DNA of 64,000 nucleotides from Candidatus Babeliales bacterium (GCA_963722255.1 CAVRJO010000001.1:480001-544000), one strand, 5' to 3'; counted from the first letter of the stretch, positions 37,854 through 49,519 are shown. Notes: generated by a model not told the origin, from the sequence alone. A program made the numbers and translations.

Positions 37854-39392
37854 CTAATTTTTTTTCATGTATTTTTCAAAAAGTGCTAGAATTTGAGAAT
37901 CATTTCCAGCATATTCTAAAGGCGTCATCCTGTTTTCATCATGATCAATATATTCCATACGAGGATCCGCATTTTTCTCTAACAAAAATTCAATGAGGTC
38001 TAATTTTTTGTCTGAAACATCAATTGCCCATACCAGAAGAGGTATCTTAAATTGCGCGCTCACTATAGTCGCGTTAGCATCCATACCCCTTTCAACCAAT
38101 TTTTTAATTAATTCTTTATAAAATTTATATTTCTTATCAAAATCTACCGCGCCAATTCTGTAACTGCCTTTTGTTACATCTAAATGAGAATTTTCAGCTA
38201 ATATTTTTAATGCTTCTTCCGGATGCTTAAATACTCCCTCACTGAATCCTTTAAATTTTTGACTTAACTTATTTGCTTCTTTCAATGGTTCTTTAAAAAC
38301 TGGCAATATCCTTAACCTAAATGAACTATCATAAGGATTTCTAAAAGTTCTTATTTCTTTATCAATTTCCCCGATCAACTCATAGCTAACTTTTTTATTC
38401 AATCTCTTTATAATCTCTGCAGCCAAAAAATCATCGCCTGAACATAGGCGATACATAAACTTATTTATTCGAGCAAGATGAGAGATATCGAGCAAAGTTT
38501 GTATGTAATATTTTTTTTCAGAAACACGCGTTGGTATTAAAAAACCCATGATTTCATAAAGTAGTTCATTAGGAAGATCAGAAATACCTAAAATTTTCTC
38601 TTCTTCCTGCTCAACTGAGGAACTATTATTGTCAACTAAAAAAGAGTTCGGTACAAAATAATGCTGCAATGCTTCAATTACTGAACCAAGAGGCTTAAAT
38701 CCTCGCGTTTCTTTTTTTTTAAGTCCACGTTTTTTAAGTTCACGACCTGCTGAAGCATGTTGTATGCATTTTTGAAAAGCAGGTAATATTCTAATTCGAA
38801 ACGATGGATCATAAAAATTTCTACAGGATTTTACAATGTTCTCCATACTGTTAAAAGACAGAATGCTACTCCCAGCCATTTTTTTAAAAAGATCCAATAG
38901 GAAATCTTCATTAGAAGAATAATTATCTTTCATCGTCTTACAAGATTGTGTAAAACTCGTAATATCCTGCAATACCTGTATAAATCGCTTTTCGCTTCCA
39001 ATAAATTCTGGTATCATCCTAAAGACTATTTTCATTACCATTTCATAAGGAAGCACTAAAAAATAGTTACTAATTTGGCTCGTATCTTGTTGGCACCGTT
39101 TATACAAAGAATTTCGAACTATAATCTGCTTATTTGATTCTTCGGGGACCAAGTTATCAAATTTTTTAGCAACGCTTTTTCCCAAAGCAGTTAAAATGGA
39201 GAGTGTGTTGTTATCTACAACAACCAACAATCTCTGATCATCCTTTTTTTCTGATTGTTTATCCACCCCAGGAAAGGTATTGCCTTCTTGCATTGCCCTT
39301 AAAGTCCCAGATACAAAAAGTAGAGAAATAAACAGGCTACAAACTTTTGCTAAAAAATGGCATTTTATGTAATTCATTAAAAGTATCCACAT
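37854..39392 (-). CDS. Secreted effector with two F-box-like modules and C-terminal ankyrin repeats
   Basis: Signal ending RA-MQ; FLVLPYEMVMKI and ISDLPNELLYEIMGFL; LLEKNADP...TPLEYA. Confidence 0.75.
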   Translation of the reverse strand: MWILLMNYIKCHFLAKVCSLFISLLFVSGTLRAMQEGNTFPGVDKQSEKKDDQRLLVVVDNNTLSILTALGKSVAKKFDNLVPEESNKQIIVRNSLYKRCQQDTSQISNYFLVLPYEMVMKIVFRMIPEFIGSEKRFIQVLQDITSFTQSCKTMKDNYSSNEDFLLDLFKKMAGSSILSFNSMENIVKSCRNFYDPSFRIRILPAFQKCIQHASAGRELKKRGLKKKETRGFKPLGSVIEALQHYFVPNSFLVDNNSSSVEQEEEKILGISDLPNELLYEIMGFLIPTRVSEKKYYIQTLLDISHLARINKFMYRLCSGDDFLAAEIIKRLNKKVSYELIGEIDKEIRTFRNPYDSSFRLRILPVFKEPLKEANKLSQKFKGFSEGVFKHPEEALKILAENSHLDVTKGSYRIGAVDFDKKYKFYKELIKKLVERGMDANATIVSAQFKIPLLVWAIDVSDKKLDLIEFLLEKNADPRMEYIDHDENRMTPLEYAGNDSQILALFEKYMKKN

Positions 39393-39567
39393 TGAAATAA
39401 TAGTAACTATTTTCTTTATATTAGTATATTTTTATATTTTTTAATAGAATACCACTAAAAAATATTATTCAAAATACTCCTCTGCTAAAGCCCCTTTTTT
39501 GAGGGGTTTTATCTTTTTCTCCTCATTGCCTTGTAGTAAAAAATATTAAAAGTTTTACACTTAGAAT

Positions 39568-41535
39568 ATGTATATACAAGTAAAACTTTTAAATGGCTTT
39601 AAAGAACCTCTCCTTTACCAAACATCGCCTGAAATTGATTCAGCAGTATGCATAGGATCATTTGTACGTGTTCCTTTACGGGCAAGAACGGTGCTAGGCT
39701 ACGTAGAAAAAATATTTACTGAGAAGCCTCAAACAGCATTTGCTATAAAACAAGCCCTTGGGATAGAAAAAATACCTCACGACCGGCACTATTTTACTTA
39801 TATTTCACAATTATCTCACTATTATCAAACTGAACCAAACCATTTTTTTAAGCGACTCCAGCAATTTTTACACCAAAAAAATCCCATAGAAGTGCCCTTT
39901 GGACTTGCTGCAACGCACCTCCATAACAATACGGTACTACTTACTCATGAACAACAGCAAGTCGTCTCTTTTATGAGCAAAGCTTTAGATACCCCAACGT
40001 ACACCCCAACTTTATTACATGGCGTTACGGGTTCAGGTAAAACAGAGGTTTATAAAAAATTAATTGAGCAAACAATTCAATCGGGTAAAACAGTACTACT
40101 TTTGTTACCAGAAGTTACTCTTGCGCTTCAATTTATGCATATCCTCAAGGCCCAGCTTGATAGATCAATCACTATTTCAAGCTTTCATTCAGCAGTGAGC
40201 GCTGCAGAAAAAAAGAAAATTTGGCGAGAACTTCTTGCAGAAAATCCGATGGTAATTATCGGCGTACATCTTCCCCTACTTTTACCGATTGCTAACTTAG
40301 GATTGATTATTGTTGATGAAGAGCATGATACGGGATACCAAGAAAAAAAACATCCAAAAATTAATAGTAAAGAGGCAGCACTTTTACGAGCACAAATAAG
40401 TTCGATTCCCATTCTGCTTGGTTCAGCAACACCATCAATAGCTTCTCTTTATAATGTTACCCATAAAAAATGGCACTTTTTCCAAATCAAACAACGATTT
40501 AGCGGTAGTTTTCCTGCTATCAAAATTGTCTCTATGATTGATAAAAAAGAAAGAAAAAATTTTTGGATCAGCACTGAACTTGCTCAAGCAATAACACAAC
40601 AACTGATTAAAAAAGAACAAACGCTCATTTTTTTAAATCGACGTGGTTTTAGCTTTTTTGTACAATGTAAAAGCTGTAGCTTTATCTTTTATTGCAATGC
40701 ATGCTCAGTAAGTCTAACCTTGCATGAAAACAATGAACTTGTATGCCATTATTGTGGTTATTTGCTGCAACAACCCCCAATCTGCATATCTTGCCAATCT
40801 TCAGAATTGATTAAAAAAGGCATCGGAACTCAACAAATAGTACATATTTTACAAAAAATGTTTCCTTCTGCTCGCATTGCTCGCGCAGATCATGATGCAA
40901 CGATTAATAAAAAAGCATGGCATGCAACAGTATCGGCATTTTATGAAGGAAATTTAGATATTTTGATTGGTACACAAACTATTACTAAGGGATACCATTT
41001 CCCTAAAGTAAGCTTAGTGGGAATAGTATGGGCAGATCTTAATTTGCATTTTCCCATATATAACGCAACAGAAACTACTCTGCAACAACTTATTCAAGTC
41101 GCCGGTAGAGCTGGAAGATCAGGCTTGCCAAGCACCGTTATTGTACAAACTATGTCAGATCATGAGATTTTTTCCTATCTTGATGAACTTTCATACCTAA
41201 ATTTTTACAAGAATGAGTTTGAAAACCGCAAAGTTGTTGGATACCCTCCTGCTCAACGGCTTGCAGAAATTGAACTTAAACATCATGATGAAGAACAGCT
41301 CATAAAAGAAGCCACCGCTATAACTCAACTGTGTCAACGACTTATTTTGCAGTATACCTTACCAGTTATAGTTCTTGGTCCTGCAAAACCTCCGGTTTCA
41401 AAGCTGAAAAATTCTTATATACGAAAGATATATCTAAAGGGCGAAGCATTTGCACCAATAATTAAAACATTCCAAGCAATAAACAAAAAAAACTATTCAT
41501 GCATGATCTCTTTTACTCCTAATCCATTAAATTAG
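39568..41535 (+). CDS. priA: Primosomal protein N'
   Basis: GVTGSGKTEVY, DEEHD, GSATPS, LNRRGF, four CxxC, KGYHFP, QVAGRAGR. Confidence 0.95.
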   Translation: MYIQVKLLNGFKEPLLYQTSPEIDSAVCIGSFVRVPLRARTVLGYVEKIFTEKPQTAFAIKQALGIEKIPHDRHYFTYISQLSHYYQTEPNHFFKRLQQFLHQKNPIEVPFGLAATHLHNNTVLLTHEQQQVVSFMSKALDTPTYTPTLLHGVTGSGKTEVYKKLIEQTIQSGKTVLLLLPEVTLALQFMHILKAQLDRSITISSFHSAVSAAEKKKIWRELLAENPMVIIGVHLPLLLPIANLGLIIVDEEHDTGYQEKKHPKINSKEAALLRAQISSIPILLGSATPSIASLYNVTHKKWHFFQIKQRFSGSFPAIKIVSMIDKKERKNFWISTELAQAITQQLIKKEQTLIFLNRRGFSFFVQCKSCSFIFYCNACSVSLTLHENNELVCHYCGYLLQQPPICISCQSSELIKKGIGTQQIVHILQKMFPSARIARADHDATINKKAWHATVSAFYEGNLDILIGTQTITKGYHFPKVSLVGIVWADLNLHFPIYNATETTLQQLIQVAGRAGRSGLPSTVIVQTMSDHEIFSYLDELSYLNFYKNEFENRKVVGYPPAQRLAEIELKHHDEEQLIKEATAITQLCQRLILQYTLPVIVLGPAKPPVSKLKNSYIRKIYLKGEAFAPIIKTFQAINKKNYSCMISFTPNPLN

Positions 41536-41625
41536 ATTGGCTCTAAATTCAATCTGTTGTATTTCTGTTAACTAATTTTTTACAATAATATCATAATAGT
41601 ATTTTTATATTAATATACCATTCTA

Positions 41626-42198
41626 ATGAGGTGCTCAATGAAAATGTGGAACATATATCTAGGCTTATTGGTGCTTTCCTCTTGTCAACTTGAATGCACA
41701 GTAAGCAAAACTCCGGCTACGGCAAAACCGGTTAAGCTGCAATTACCCACAGCGTCTCCACAAGCAATCAGCAATGCTCAACAAGAGATTTTATCATTAA
41801 AACAACAATTAACGGCTTTAGAAAATAAAAATACAGATCTTAAAAATCTTAAAAAGGTAAAAAAAGAACTCAAAAATAGATTCCAAGTTATGCAAAGCGT
41901 ACTACAGCAACAACAACAAAAAAACAACCCATTTTTTCTTGAATTACAAGCTACCATGAAGAAAAAAACGTTAAATCCAGAACTGAAAAAGAAGGCTCTT
42001 GAAGTCAGACAAACGCTATCTATTGACCATAAAAAACTAGATGATTTACAGAAAAATATACACGGTATAAAAACAAAAATTCTACGAATTGCTCCAGAAC
42101 GAAAAGCTCTTTTAAAAAAACTACATGAAGCCCAAAAGTATTTAAAAGAGTTACAACTTTCCTCAGAGATGGCAAAAATAAAAGATAGACCTGCATAG
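41626..42198 (+). CDS. Exported basic coiled-coil protein, possible lipoprotein
   Basis: LLVLSSC lipobox-like motif; K/Q/L-rich heptads. Confidence 0.6.
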   Translation: MRCSMKMWNIYLGLLVLSSCQLECTVSKTPATAKPVKLQLPTASPQAISNAQQEILSLKQQLTALENKNTDLKNLKKVKKELKNRFQVMQSVLQQQQQKNNPFFLELQATMKKKTLNPELKKKALEVRQTLSIDHKKLDDLQKNIHGIKTKILRIAPERKALLKKLHEAQKYLKELQLSSEMAKIKDRPA

Positions 42199-42217
42199 GT
42201 TAATAAAAGGAGAAACT

Positions 42218-43351
42218 ATGAATAAGACAAAAAAAAATATAATAAAAATAGCAGTTGCAGTAGGAATATTGGGTGGAACGGCTTCAATTTTTGCAAATCT
42301 TAATTGGATGCAAGCATCAAACTATTGGTTTGCCGGATATATGTATATAGAGGGAAATCAAAACCTTAGCTACAATATGTATGCATGGAATAACAACAGC
42401 AAAAAAATGGAACTTTCTGAAACTCCTTTCACTACAAATACCGTCATTAATGTCCGCGATCTTCTTGGTTCTATTGGTAATTGCCCTTATATGTGGTGGG
42501 GCGGTGACCCTGCTACTGCTACAAAAGTTCTTCTTGTTCCAAGCTTACCTTTAGGAAGTGCGTTTACTAAAGGTAGCGCCCAACAAGGTCAAAAGGATCT
42601 CAAAGCAGGAAAAATAGCTCCTTACATAGTCATTGAACGAGCACAAAATACCATTAATATATTCATTATAGGGCCAGTTTTCAGCGCGACGAGCGGCACA
42701 CCGCCTGAGACAGTAATACAATTTGTTTCAAGAAAGCTTGCATTTAATTTCTTACCTTTTGAAAAGTTATGGGTGTCAAAATCACGTTGGTACAATAATC
42801 TTGATACCCATTGGCCAACAGGCATTGCATTTGCCTTCTCGTTAACCATCGATCTTCCTAATAGAAACGCATATTTTTTTAACAGCCCTGATGCAAATGA
42901 ATATCAGTTCGATATAAATAAACCTCAAAAAAAGATTATTTTAAGCGACGATGCATTCTATGTTTATGGGCTTGAAAAAGATAATGATGCGCTTGGCTGG
43001 AGTTGGACGCATCAAGGACCTGAAAATAATAATCTTCCAATAAGCACTATAACATATCAATATACTGATGCAAACAATAAAATTTATACAAAAATACTCG
43101 GAATAGATGAGCGATGTGCTGATGGCGGACCGGTAATCATGAATAAATCATGTAAAATATGCGATCCGAATGATCCTTCTAAATGTAATATGTATAAACC
43201 AATACGATTCGATGACATTGGTATGACCACAAGAAAACTCCAAGAACAAGGCATCTTAAATTACCAAAGCTCATTATCACCTGATGAACTGCAACGCATT
43301 ATTACATGGATTAATTCTACGGGCCAAGGTAATTTTGAAAGTGTCCTATAA
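42218..43351 (+). CDS. Secreted hypothetical protein
   Basis: AAGGAG SD; signal ending IFA; aromatic-, Asn- and Cys-rich body. Confidence 0.7.
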   Translation: MNKTKKNIIKIAVAVGILGGTASIFANLNWMQASNYWFAGYMYIEGNQNLSYNMYAWNNNSKKMELSETPFTTNTVINVRDLLGSIGNCPYMWWGGDPATATKVLLVPSLPLGSAFTKGSAQQGQKDLKAGKIAPYIVIERAQNTINIFIIGPVFSATSGTPPETVIQFVSRKLAFNFLPFEKLWVSKSRWYNNLDTHWPTGIAFAFSLTIDLPNRNAYFFNSPDANEYQFDINKPQKKIILSDDAFYVYGLEKDNDALGWSWTHQGPENNNLPISTITYQYTDANNKIYTKILGIDERCADGGPVIMNKSCKICDPNDPSKCNMYKPIRFDDIGMTTRKLQEQGILNYQSSLSPDELQRIITWINSTGQGNFESVL

Positions 43352-43377
43352 ATAGTTTTCTCATAGATATCTTAAAA

Positions 43378-43426
43378 ATAGGGGCGCGTTATTGTTGAAA
43401 TGCACATAACGAAGCCCCTATCTTTT
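43378..43426 (+). terminator. Long imperfect hairpin, likely terminator
   Basis: ATAGGGGC..CGTTAT / ATAACG..GCCCCTAT followed by CTTTT. Confidence 0.5.
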
Positions 43427-43520
43427 AGAACCTAACTTTACAAAAAGCTTCTACAAAAGTAAATTACACTATAGTTCAAATATATTTTCGTAACACTTTT
43501 TACTTATTGGAGACTGTTGC

Positions 43521-45494
43521 ATGGAAGAACAGATGCTTTTTGGGCTTATTTTTTTAAGCTCATTATGTGGATTAGCCGTCGTCGGCTTTCTATTTAAAAA
43601 AATTAGTTCAATTCGGGTAGATAATGCACCGGCAAAAGCTATCGCAAAAGCAATTGCAGATGGTGCAATGACCTTTCTTAAAGAAGAATATAAGGTTATA
43701 GGCATTGTTTCTCTTCTCGTTGCAGGGCTCCTTGGATATATTTTTGGACCACTATCAGCGGGTGCATTTTTATTTGGCGCACTTCTATCTTCGGCAACAG
43801 GCCTCATTGGCATGCAAGCAGCAACAAGTGCAAATGTAAGAACAACCATGGCTGCAAAAAATAGTGGCGAGCATCAGGCATTCTTGGTAGCTTTTTTTGG
43901 CGGTGGCGTGATGGGGTTTGCTGTAGCAACCTTTGGTCTTTTTGGATTGACCGCTATTTTTTATCTTTTTAATACTCATGCACAGTTCATACCAATTATC
44001 ACAAGTTTTGGTTTAGGCGGAAGTTTGGTAGCTTTCTTTGCTCGTGTTGGTGGAGGAATTTATACCAAATCGGCCGATGTTGGTGCCGATTTAGCAGGTA
44101 AAATTGAAGAAGGAATTCCTGAAGATGATCCTCGTAATCCTGCAGTTATTGCTGATAATGTTGGAGATTGCGTAGGCGATACCGCAGGGATGGGTGCTGA
44201 CATTTATGAATCATATGTTGGCGCAATGGTTTCATCAATCATTCTTGCTCTTTCAAATCCTGCATATAACAATTTTTCTTATACCTCATTACCACTCGTA
44301 ATGGCAGCAATCGGACTCGTAAGTTCATTTCTTGGGTTATGCGCAAATCTTGTTTTTAAAAAACAACCTGCTGCTATGCTCCGTAATGCGACTTTTGTTG
44401 CCGTATGCTTTTTTATTATGGGAGCATCCTATTATTTGCATTATATGACTTTAAATACTGCACTTATCTATTCAATAGTGCTTGGTTGTCTTTCGGGCAT
44501 TATCATTGGCTTAATTACCGAATATTATACCGGCGGCAAACCTGTTGAACGCTTAGCAAATAGTTCTCGTTCCGGTGCAGCGACAAATATTATCTACGGC
44601 CTATCATTAGGTATGGAATCAACTGCTCTACCGGTCGTTCTTCTTTCATTTGCTGTGCTGCTTTCTTATAATTATGGCGGTGGTCTTTTTGGCGTTGCAA
44701 TAGCTGCAGTTGCTATGCTTTCAACGGTGGGAATTACCATGACGGTTGATGCCTACGGCCCTATAGCAGATAATGCTGGCGGTATTGCTGAAATGGCACA
44801 TTTTGATCCTAGTGTACGTAAAATAACTGATAAATTAGACGCTTTAGGAAATACAACGGCTGCAATGGGCAAAGGCTTTGCTATTGGTTCAGCGCTCTTA
44901 ACTGCATTAGCACTTTTTTCTGCCTATTCAGAACAAGCACATTTAGTTGCAATTAATATTATGGATCCGCTTGTTATGGCCGGCATGTTTATTGGCGGTG
45001 TTTTGCCCTTCTTAGTTTCAGCATTAACGATGCGTTCTGTTGGTGAAGCTGCATTGAAAATGGTAATGGAAGTGCGCAGACAATTTAAAGAAATCAAAGG
45101 ACTTCGTGAAGGAACAGCACAACCTGATTATACGCGTTGTATTGCCATAAGCACACAAGCTGCGTTACATCAAATGATTCTTCCCGGTGTTATAACTATT
45201 GGCTTACCAATTATCATTAAATTCTCGCTTGGTACCCAAGCTCTTGGGGGGCTTTTGGTTGGCGGTACTCTTGTTGGCGTACTGCTTGCATTAATGATGG
45301 CAAATGGTGGCGGCGCTTGGGATAATGCTAAAAAGTATATCGAAGCCGGTCACCTTGGCGGCAAAGGATCTGATGCACATAAAGCTGCTGTTGTTGGCGA
45401 CACGGTAGGAGACCCTTTCAAGGATACTTCTGGACCTGCGCTTAATATTTTAATTAAGTTAATGTCGATTGTGGCATTATTGTTAGTTTCATAA
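43521..45494 (+). CDS. hppA: Membrane-bound pyrophosphatase, K+-dependent and probably Na+-translocating
   Basis: [45 protein letters not shown]. Confidence 0.95.
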   Translation: MEEQMLFGLIFLSSLCGLAVVGFLFKKISSIRVDNAPAKAIAKAIADGAMTFLKEEYKVIGIVSLLVAGLLGYIFGPLSAGAFLFGALLSSATGLIGMQAATSANVRTTMAAKNSGEHQAFLVAFFGGGVMGFAVATFGLFGLTAIFYLFNTHAQFIPIITSFGLGGSLVAFFARVGGGIYTKSADVGADLAGKIEEGIPEDDPRNPAVIADNVGDCVGDTAGMGADIYESYVGAMVSSIILALSNPAYNNFSYTSLPLVMAAIGLVSSFLGLCANLVFKKQPAAMLRNATFVAVCFFIMGASYYLHYMTLNTALIYSIVLGCLSGIIIGLITEYYTGGKPVERLANSSRSGAATNIIYGLSLGMESTALPVVLLSFAVLLSYNYGGGLFGVAIAAVAMLSTVGITMTVDAYGPIADNAGGIAEMAHFDPSVRKITDKLDALGNTTAAMGKGFAIGSALLTALALFSAYSEQAHLVAINIMDPLVMAGMFIGGVLPFLVSALTMRSVGEAALKMVMEVRRQFKEIKGLREGTAQPDYTRCIAISTQAALHQMILPGVITIGLPIIIKFSLGTQALGGLLVGGTLVGVLLALMMANGGGAWDNAKKYIEAGHLGGKGSDAHKAAVVGDTVGDPFKDTSGPALNILIKLMSIVALLLVS

Positions 45495-45519
45495 TTGGCT
45501 TATATATTTTTTGTTGATT

Positions 45520-45552
45520 ATAGGGCATCGTGATACACGATGCCCTATTTTT
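45520..45552 (+). terminator. Rho-independent terminator of hppA
   Basis: Perfect 13-bp stem ATAGGGCATCGTG-ATA-CACGATGCCCTAT plus T run. Confidence 0.8.
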
Positions 45553-45611
45553 ATGCTATACTTTCTTAGATACAATTTATATTTATTTTAAATTTAGAGA
45601 AGAAAAATATA

Positions 45612-46085
45612 ATGGTAAAAAAATCACTTTTTTTATTGAGCATAATATCTATACTGTGTTTTACGACAGCGCCTATGCAACAAGAACTTTCACGCAAAAA
45701 AAAGTTGTCGGCATGTTCATCTCTAATTGCAACTACCATTGGTGTGATAAGCCTCACTGATCAACTCGTTAACAATAAAAAATCATGGCGTCAATCCGCT
45801 TTTACAGTTAGTAGCTGTGTTGTAGGAATTGCAAGTTTCTATAACTATCTTTCGTGGTGTAACCCAACGGTCTATTCGTACTCACATAATATGAATTTGA
45901 TAGGTGTATGCCAAAGAAATTTTTCTTTAGTCAGTTATACGCATGTAGATGTGGTTGAACATACAACTCATTATACAATAGAAGGTAAAAATTATAATAA
46001 AAGTAAATTCTTATCGGAGGAGTATGAATATTCCGATGGTATTATTTATAATGCAGTAGGCAACATAATAGAGCCCAATAATTAA
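45612..46085 (+). CDS. Secreted/membrane hypothetical protein
   Basis: Signal ending AP-MQ; two hydrophobic segments. Confidence 0.6.
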   Translation: MVKKSLFLLSIISILCFTTAPMQQELSRKKKLSACSSLIATTIGVISLTDQLVNNKKSWRQSAFTVSSCVVGIASFYNYLSWCNPTVYSYSHNMNLIGVCQRNFSLVSYTHVDVVEHTTHYTIEGKNYNKSKFLSEEYEYSDGIIYNAVGNIIEPNN

Positions 46086-46103
46086 TAACATGCACTCAAT
46101 TAA

Positions 46104-47816
46104 TTAATCAAATGGGAGATGCAAAACAGTGCTTTCACATGCTGATTGTGCAATAATTGTTTCACCCATACTATAAATATCGGTGATCGGATCTTGAATT
46201 CTTATATCAAGTTCTCGTGGTTCACGTGGCTCTTTATCGCTATGTTCAATAAATTTAAGTTTTCCATCCTTCATGCCCATAAGCAATCCATCATCTCGAA
46301 CTTTAAGTGTCACTACATTAGTTACATCAAAAGGTGCATAAAACTCTGTACCATTATCTAAATGAATGCCAATTAGTGCATTTTCTGTTAAATAGACAAG
46401 AACAGGATTATAAAGAGCTATGCTTTTAACTGCCGAATTACAAGGAAAAACCTTGATATACTTCTTGTCTTTTAAATCCCAAACCTTAATAGTTTTATCG
46501 GTTGATCCGGAAAATAGCTTGTACGAATCTTCCATCGTAAATCCAGTAATTTCACCGGCATGCTTTTCTCTAAAAGAAAAGTGTTCATCATCTTTTATGT
46601 TATCAATTTCCAATGATCCATTCTCATAAGCACGCACAAGATAAGGATACTCAAAGTGAATTCGCGTTGGACGATTCTCTTGAGCATTAAAATATACTGA
46701 AATAGTATGAAACATAAACGAAGGTGGACATAAAGTTTCAGTGACTAAATCAGGAATAGAATAATTTTCATCGGCAAAAAACAACGGCTCATTATTCTGC
46801 GTCATATACGTTTTAACTAACAGTTTTTCTTTCAAATCATAACAGTCAACTAATCCATTATGCTGAGGAAGAAAGACAAATCGATCAAAAAAATAGGGCT
46901 TACACGCTAAGCTCGAATCAACTTTTACAATAATTGTATGCCTTCTTGGTCCATGAACCTTCGAAGCTTCATCAAGAAGGTGTTCCATAGGAGAAACATC
47001 TTTATGATGATCCCTACCTGAATGCATATCGCTATACGATCTATTACGATCATAAAAGCCATTATTATGTAAAGAACTTACAGCAGAATGAGAAGCATTA
47101 TCATCTAATAACTTTTGCAGTAATTGAGCATATTTTCCTACTTCTTTTGCAATTATGGGCTCATCGGATAAACGTTCTTGTACATTGCGCAATAGTCTAG
47201 GTTGATCCTTTAATAGCATTGTAGAATAATTATTGAGGAGCCCGACAATTATATCCTTTGAAAGATCTGAATCATTACATGAAAATATTTCACCACATGC
47301 TTTCAGTCCTCCAACAAACTCTCCTGCAATAGAATCTAAATCAGTAGTTTCTTTCTCTTTCTCTTTTTCATAACAAATTTTTTGTGCAATTTGTGCAGAA
47401 CTGCGTAATGAACACAGATTTTTCAACCGAGTAAAAACTTTTTGCTTCCTACCGGGCAAAATAATTTTCTCTATAATCAGATTGCGTACTATTTCTTCAG
47501 ATTCAGTATCTCGTATTTTAGACTCATAAAGATCCATAACAACAAGGCAAAATTTCTTTGTCAATGACCAATTTTTATCAATTACCTCATTAATCATATA
47601 TGATAATGCGTTTACTTGTTCTTTATATGATAAGGTTGTAAGTTCTTTCAACATATCCTGAAATAATCCTAAATACGCTCCATTTTTATCATACATTTCA
47701 TGCAAGTTGCGAGCAACCATGCTACAATGCTCACCTAAACCATCCTCCATAGAAAAAATTCCACTAAAATTCAAACAAACTATAAAAGTGAATGCTATAA
47801 TTATTTTTTTTTGCAT
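46104..47816 (-). CDS. Secreted WD40-repeat protein, paralog 1
   Basis: Signal ending FS-ME; H.GEI...LFSGSTDKTIKVWD. Confidence 0.75.
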   Translation of the reverse strand: MQKKIIIAFTFIVCLNFSGIFSMEDGLGEHCSMVARNLHEMYDKNGAYLGLFQDMLKELTTLSYKEQVNALSYMINEVIDKNWSLTKKFCLVVMDLYESKIRDTESEEIVRNLIIEKIILPGRKQKVFTRLKNLCSLRSSAQIAQKICYEKEKEKETTDLDSIAGEFVGGLKACGEIFSCNDSDLSKDIIVGLLNNYSTMLLKDQPRLLRNVQERLSDEPIIAKEVGKYAQLLQKLLDDNASHSAVSSLHNNGFYDRNRSYSDMHSGRDHHKDVSPMEHLLDEASKVHGPRRHTIIVKVDSSLACKPYFFDRFVFLPQHNGLVDCYDLKEKLLVKTYMTQNNEPLFFADENYSIPDLVTETLCPPSFMFHTISVYFNAQENRPTRIHFEYPYLVRAYENGSLEIDNIKDDEHFSFREKHAGEITGFTMEDSYKLFSGSTDKTIKVWDLKDKKYIKVFPCNSAVKSIALYNPVLVYLTENALIGIHLDNGTEFYAPFDVTNVVTLKVRDDGLLMGMKDGKLKFIEHSDKEPREPRELDIRIQDPITDIYSMGETIIAQSACESTVLHLPFD

Positions 47817-47848
47817 AAATTCTCCTTTTGCAGAACAAACAAATTAGA

Positions 47849-49450
47849 TTACTTAAGCGGTAAATGAACCATTGCACAATCTTTTTCCGATTGTGCAATA
47901 ACAATATCTTCTAAACAGGTAAGTTTCATTATAGAACCTTCTATTCCGGTTTTTATGGTTATTGGCTCTTGAATCTTCTTGTCAATTTTAATGTATCTAA
48001 GATTGCCATTATTCAAACCAAAAATAAAACCATCGTTACGCGATCTAAAAACTTCGGCCCGATGCGCATCAATATCCATTGGAAATGCTGACCTATCTTC
48101 TGGATCACAATTCATTAACGCATTATCGGTTAAAGAAAAAATCATTGTATCAAAAATAGCAATATCTTTAACTGGCCTCCAACAATCAATTGTTCCTTTA
48201 TATCGTTTTTTTCTTAAATTCCAAAATTTAACAGTCTTATCGGTTGATCCCGATAGCAATCTATGCAAGCCAACGAATATCAAAGAAGTAACTGTCCCAT
48301 TATGCTTCTCTTCAAAAGAAAAATGTTCACCTTCCTTTACATTATCTATTTCAAGAGAAGTATCATACGCTCTTACAAGATAGGGATACTCAAAAAGCAC
48401 CTTACTGGGACAAATCAGATCATTATTGAAATAAGCAAAAATCATTTGCTTCCGTAAACAAGGATGCGCTATTTTTTCGCATGTCATTCCCGGAATAGTA
48501 CAATCTTCTTTGGCAATAAAAAGAGGGTTTTTGCCGGTAAGTTTATATGGTTTATGATATTCTCTTCCCTGAAGATCTAAACAATGAACTGTTCCATTTT
48601 TTGCAGGAAGAAAAAGAAGGTGCCCATATATAAAAGGACGACAGTATGCAAAATCAATATCTTTTCCTACAATATGACCTTTTAGTGTAAACTTCTTTTT
48701 TTTCAAAGAAGCTTTCGGTGCATTTTCTAATTCTTTCTTTTTCACAAATTTTTGCAGAGAAAGAAGATATCTTTTGAGCTCTCTTTGAATATATCCTTTG
48801 TTCATTCTATTTTTTGCTTCTTGAAGAATAGCACACTGATCCTCTAAGGTCACATTCAAGTCATCTAATAAGGTATTAATTATATCACGAGAAACTCCAG
48901 AATCTCCGCACTTAAACATTTCAGACCAAGCAACGAGTCCAGTACAAAATCTTTTTACCAATTCTTCTGATTGACCTGAACTCTTTTCTTTTTCTTTCTC
49001 ATTTTTGCAAGCGACTTTTATTTTGGTCGACCCTTGGAAACAAAGCGCTTCTAACTTTTCAAATATTTTTGGTTTATCACTGCTTTGTAAACTAAGAATC
49101 CTTTCTACAATTTGATGTCGAATAGCATCTTCAATGCCGGTGCCTTTTATTTTGGTATCAAAAAGATTCAATACAACAAGGCACAAATTTTCAGTTAATG
49201 ATCTATTTTTATTAACAACCTCACGAATCATATGTGATAGTGCTTCTATTTGCCCTTCATACGACAACTCATTGAGCTCTCCAAGCATTGTTTGATACAA
49301 AGCTGAATATTTTTTATTTTCATAGTGTTTATTAAGGTTACGAGCAACTGTTATAAAATATTCACCAAAATTATCTACATTCATGGAAAAAGTTACACCA
49401 AAGTTCAAAAAAACCATAAGAGCAAATGTTGTTCTTATATTATTTTGCAT
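47849..49450 (-). CDS. Secreted WD40-repeat protein, paralog 2
   Basis: AAGGAG SD; signal ending FS-MN; HNGTV...LLSGSTDKTVKFWN. Confidence 0.75.
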   Translation of the reverse strand: MQNNIRTTFALMVFLNFGVTFSMNVDNFGEYFITVARNLNKHYENKKYSALYQTMLGELNELSYEGQIEALSHMIREVVNKNRSLTENLCLVVLNLFDTKIKGTGIEDAIRHQIVERILSLQSSDKPKIFEKLEALCFQGSTKIKVACKNEKEKEKSSGQSEELVKRFCTGLVAWSEMFKCGDSGVSRDIINTLLDDLNVTLEDQCAILQEAKNRMNKGYIQRELKRYLLSLQKFVKKKELENAPKASLKKKKFTLKGHIVGKDIDFAYCRPFIYGHLLFLPAKNGTVHCLDLQGREYHKPYKLTGKNPLFIAKEDCTIPGMTCEKIAHPCLRKQMIFAYFNNDLICPSKVLFEYPYLVRAYDTSLEIDNVKEGEHFSFEEKHNGTVTSLIFVGLHRLLSGSTDKTVKFWNLRKKRYKGTIDCWRPVKDIAIFDTMIFSLTDNALMNCDPEDRSAFPMDIDAHRAEVFRSRNDGFIFGLNNGNLRYIKIDKKIQEPITIKTGIEGSIMKLTCLEDIVIAQSEKDCAMVHLPLK

Positions 49451-49519
49451 AGATTCTCCTTGCATAATGTTTTTTTACCCTACAGTACCGCTTTTTTGAG
49501 CCGTTGTAAATTTATATGT

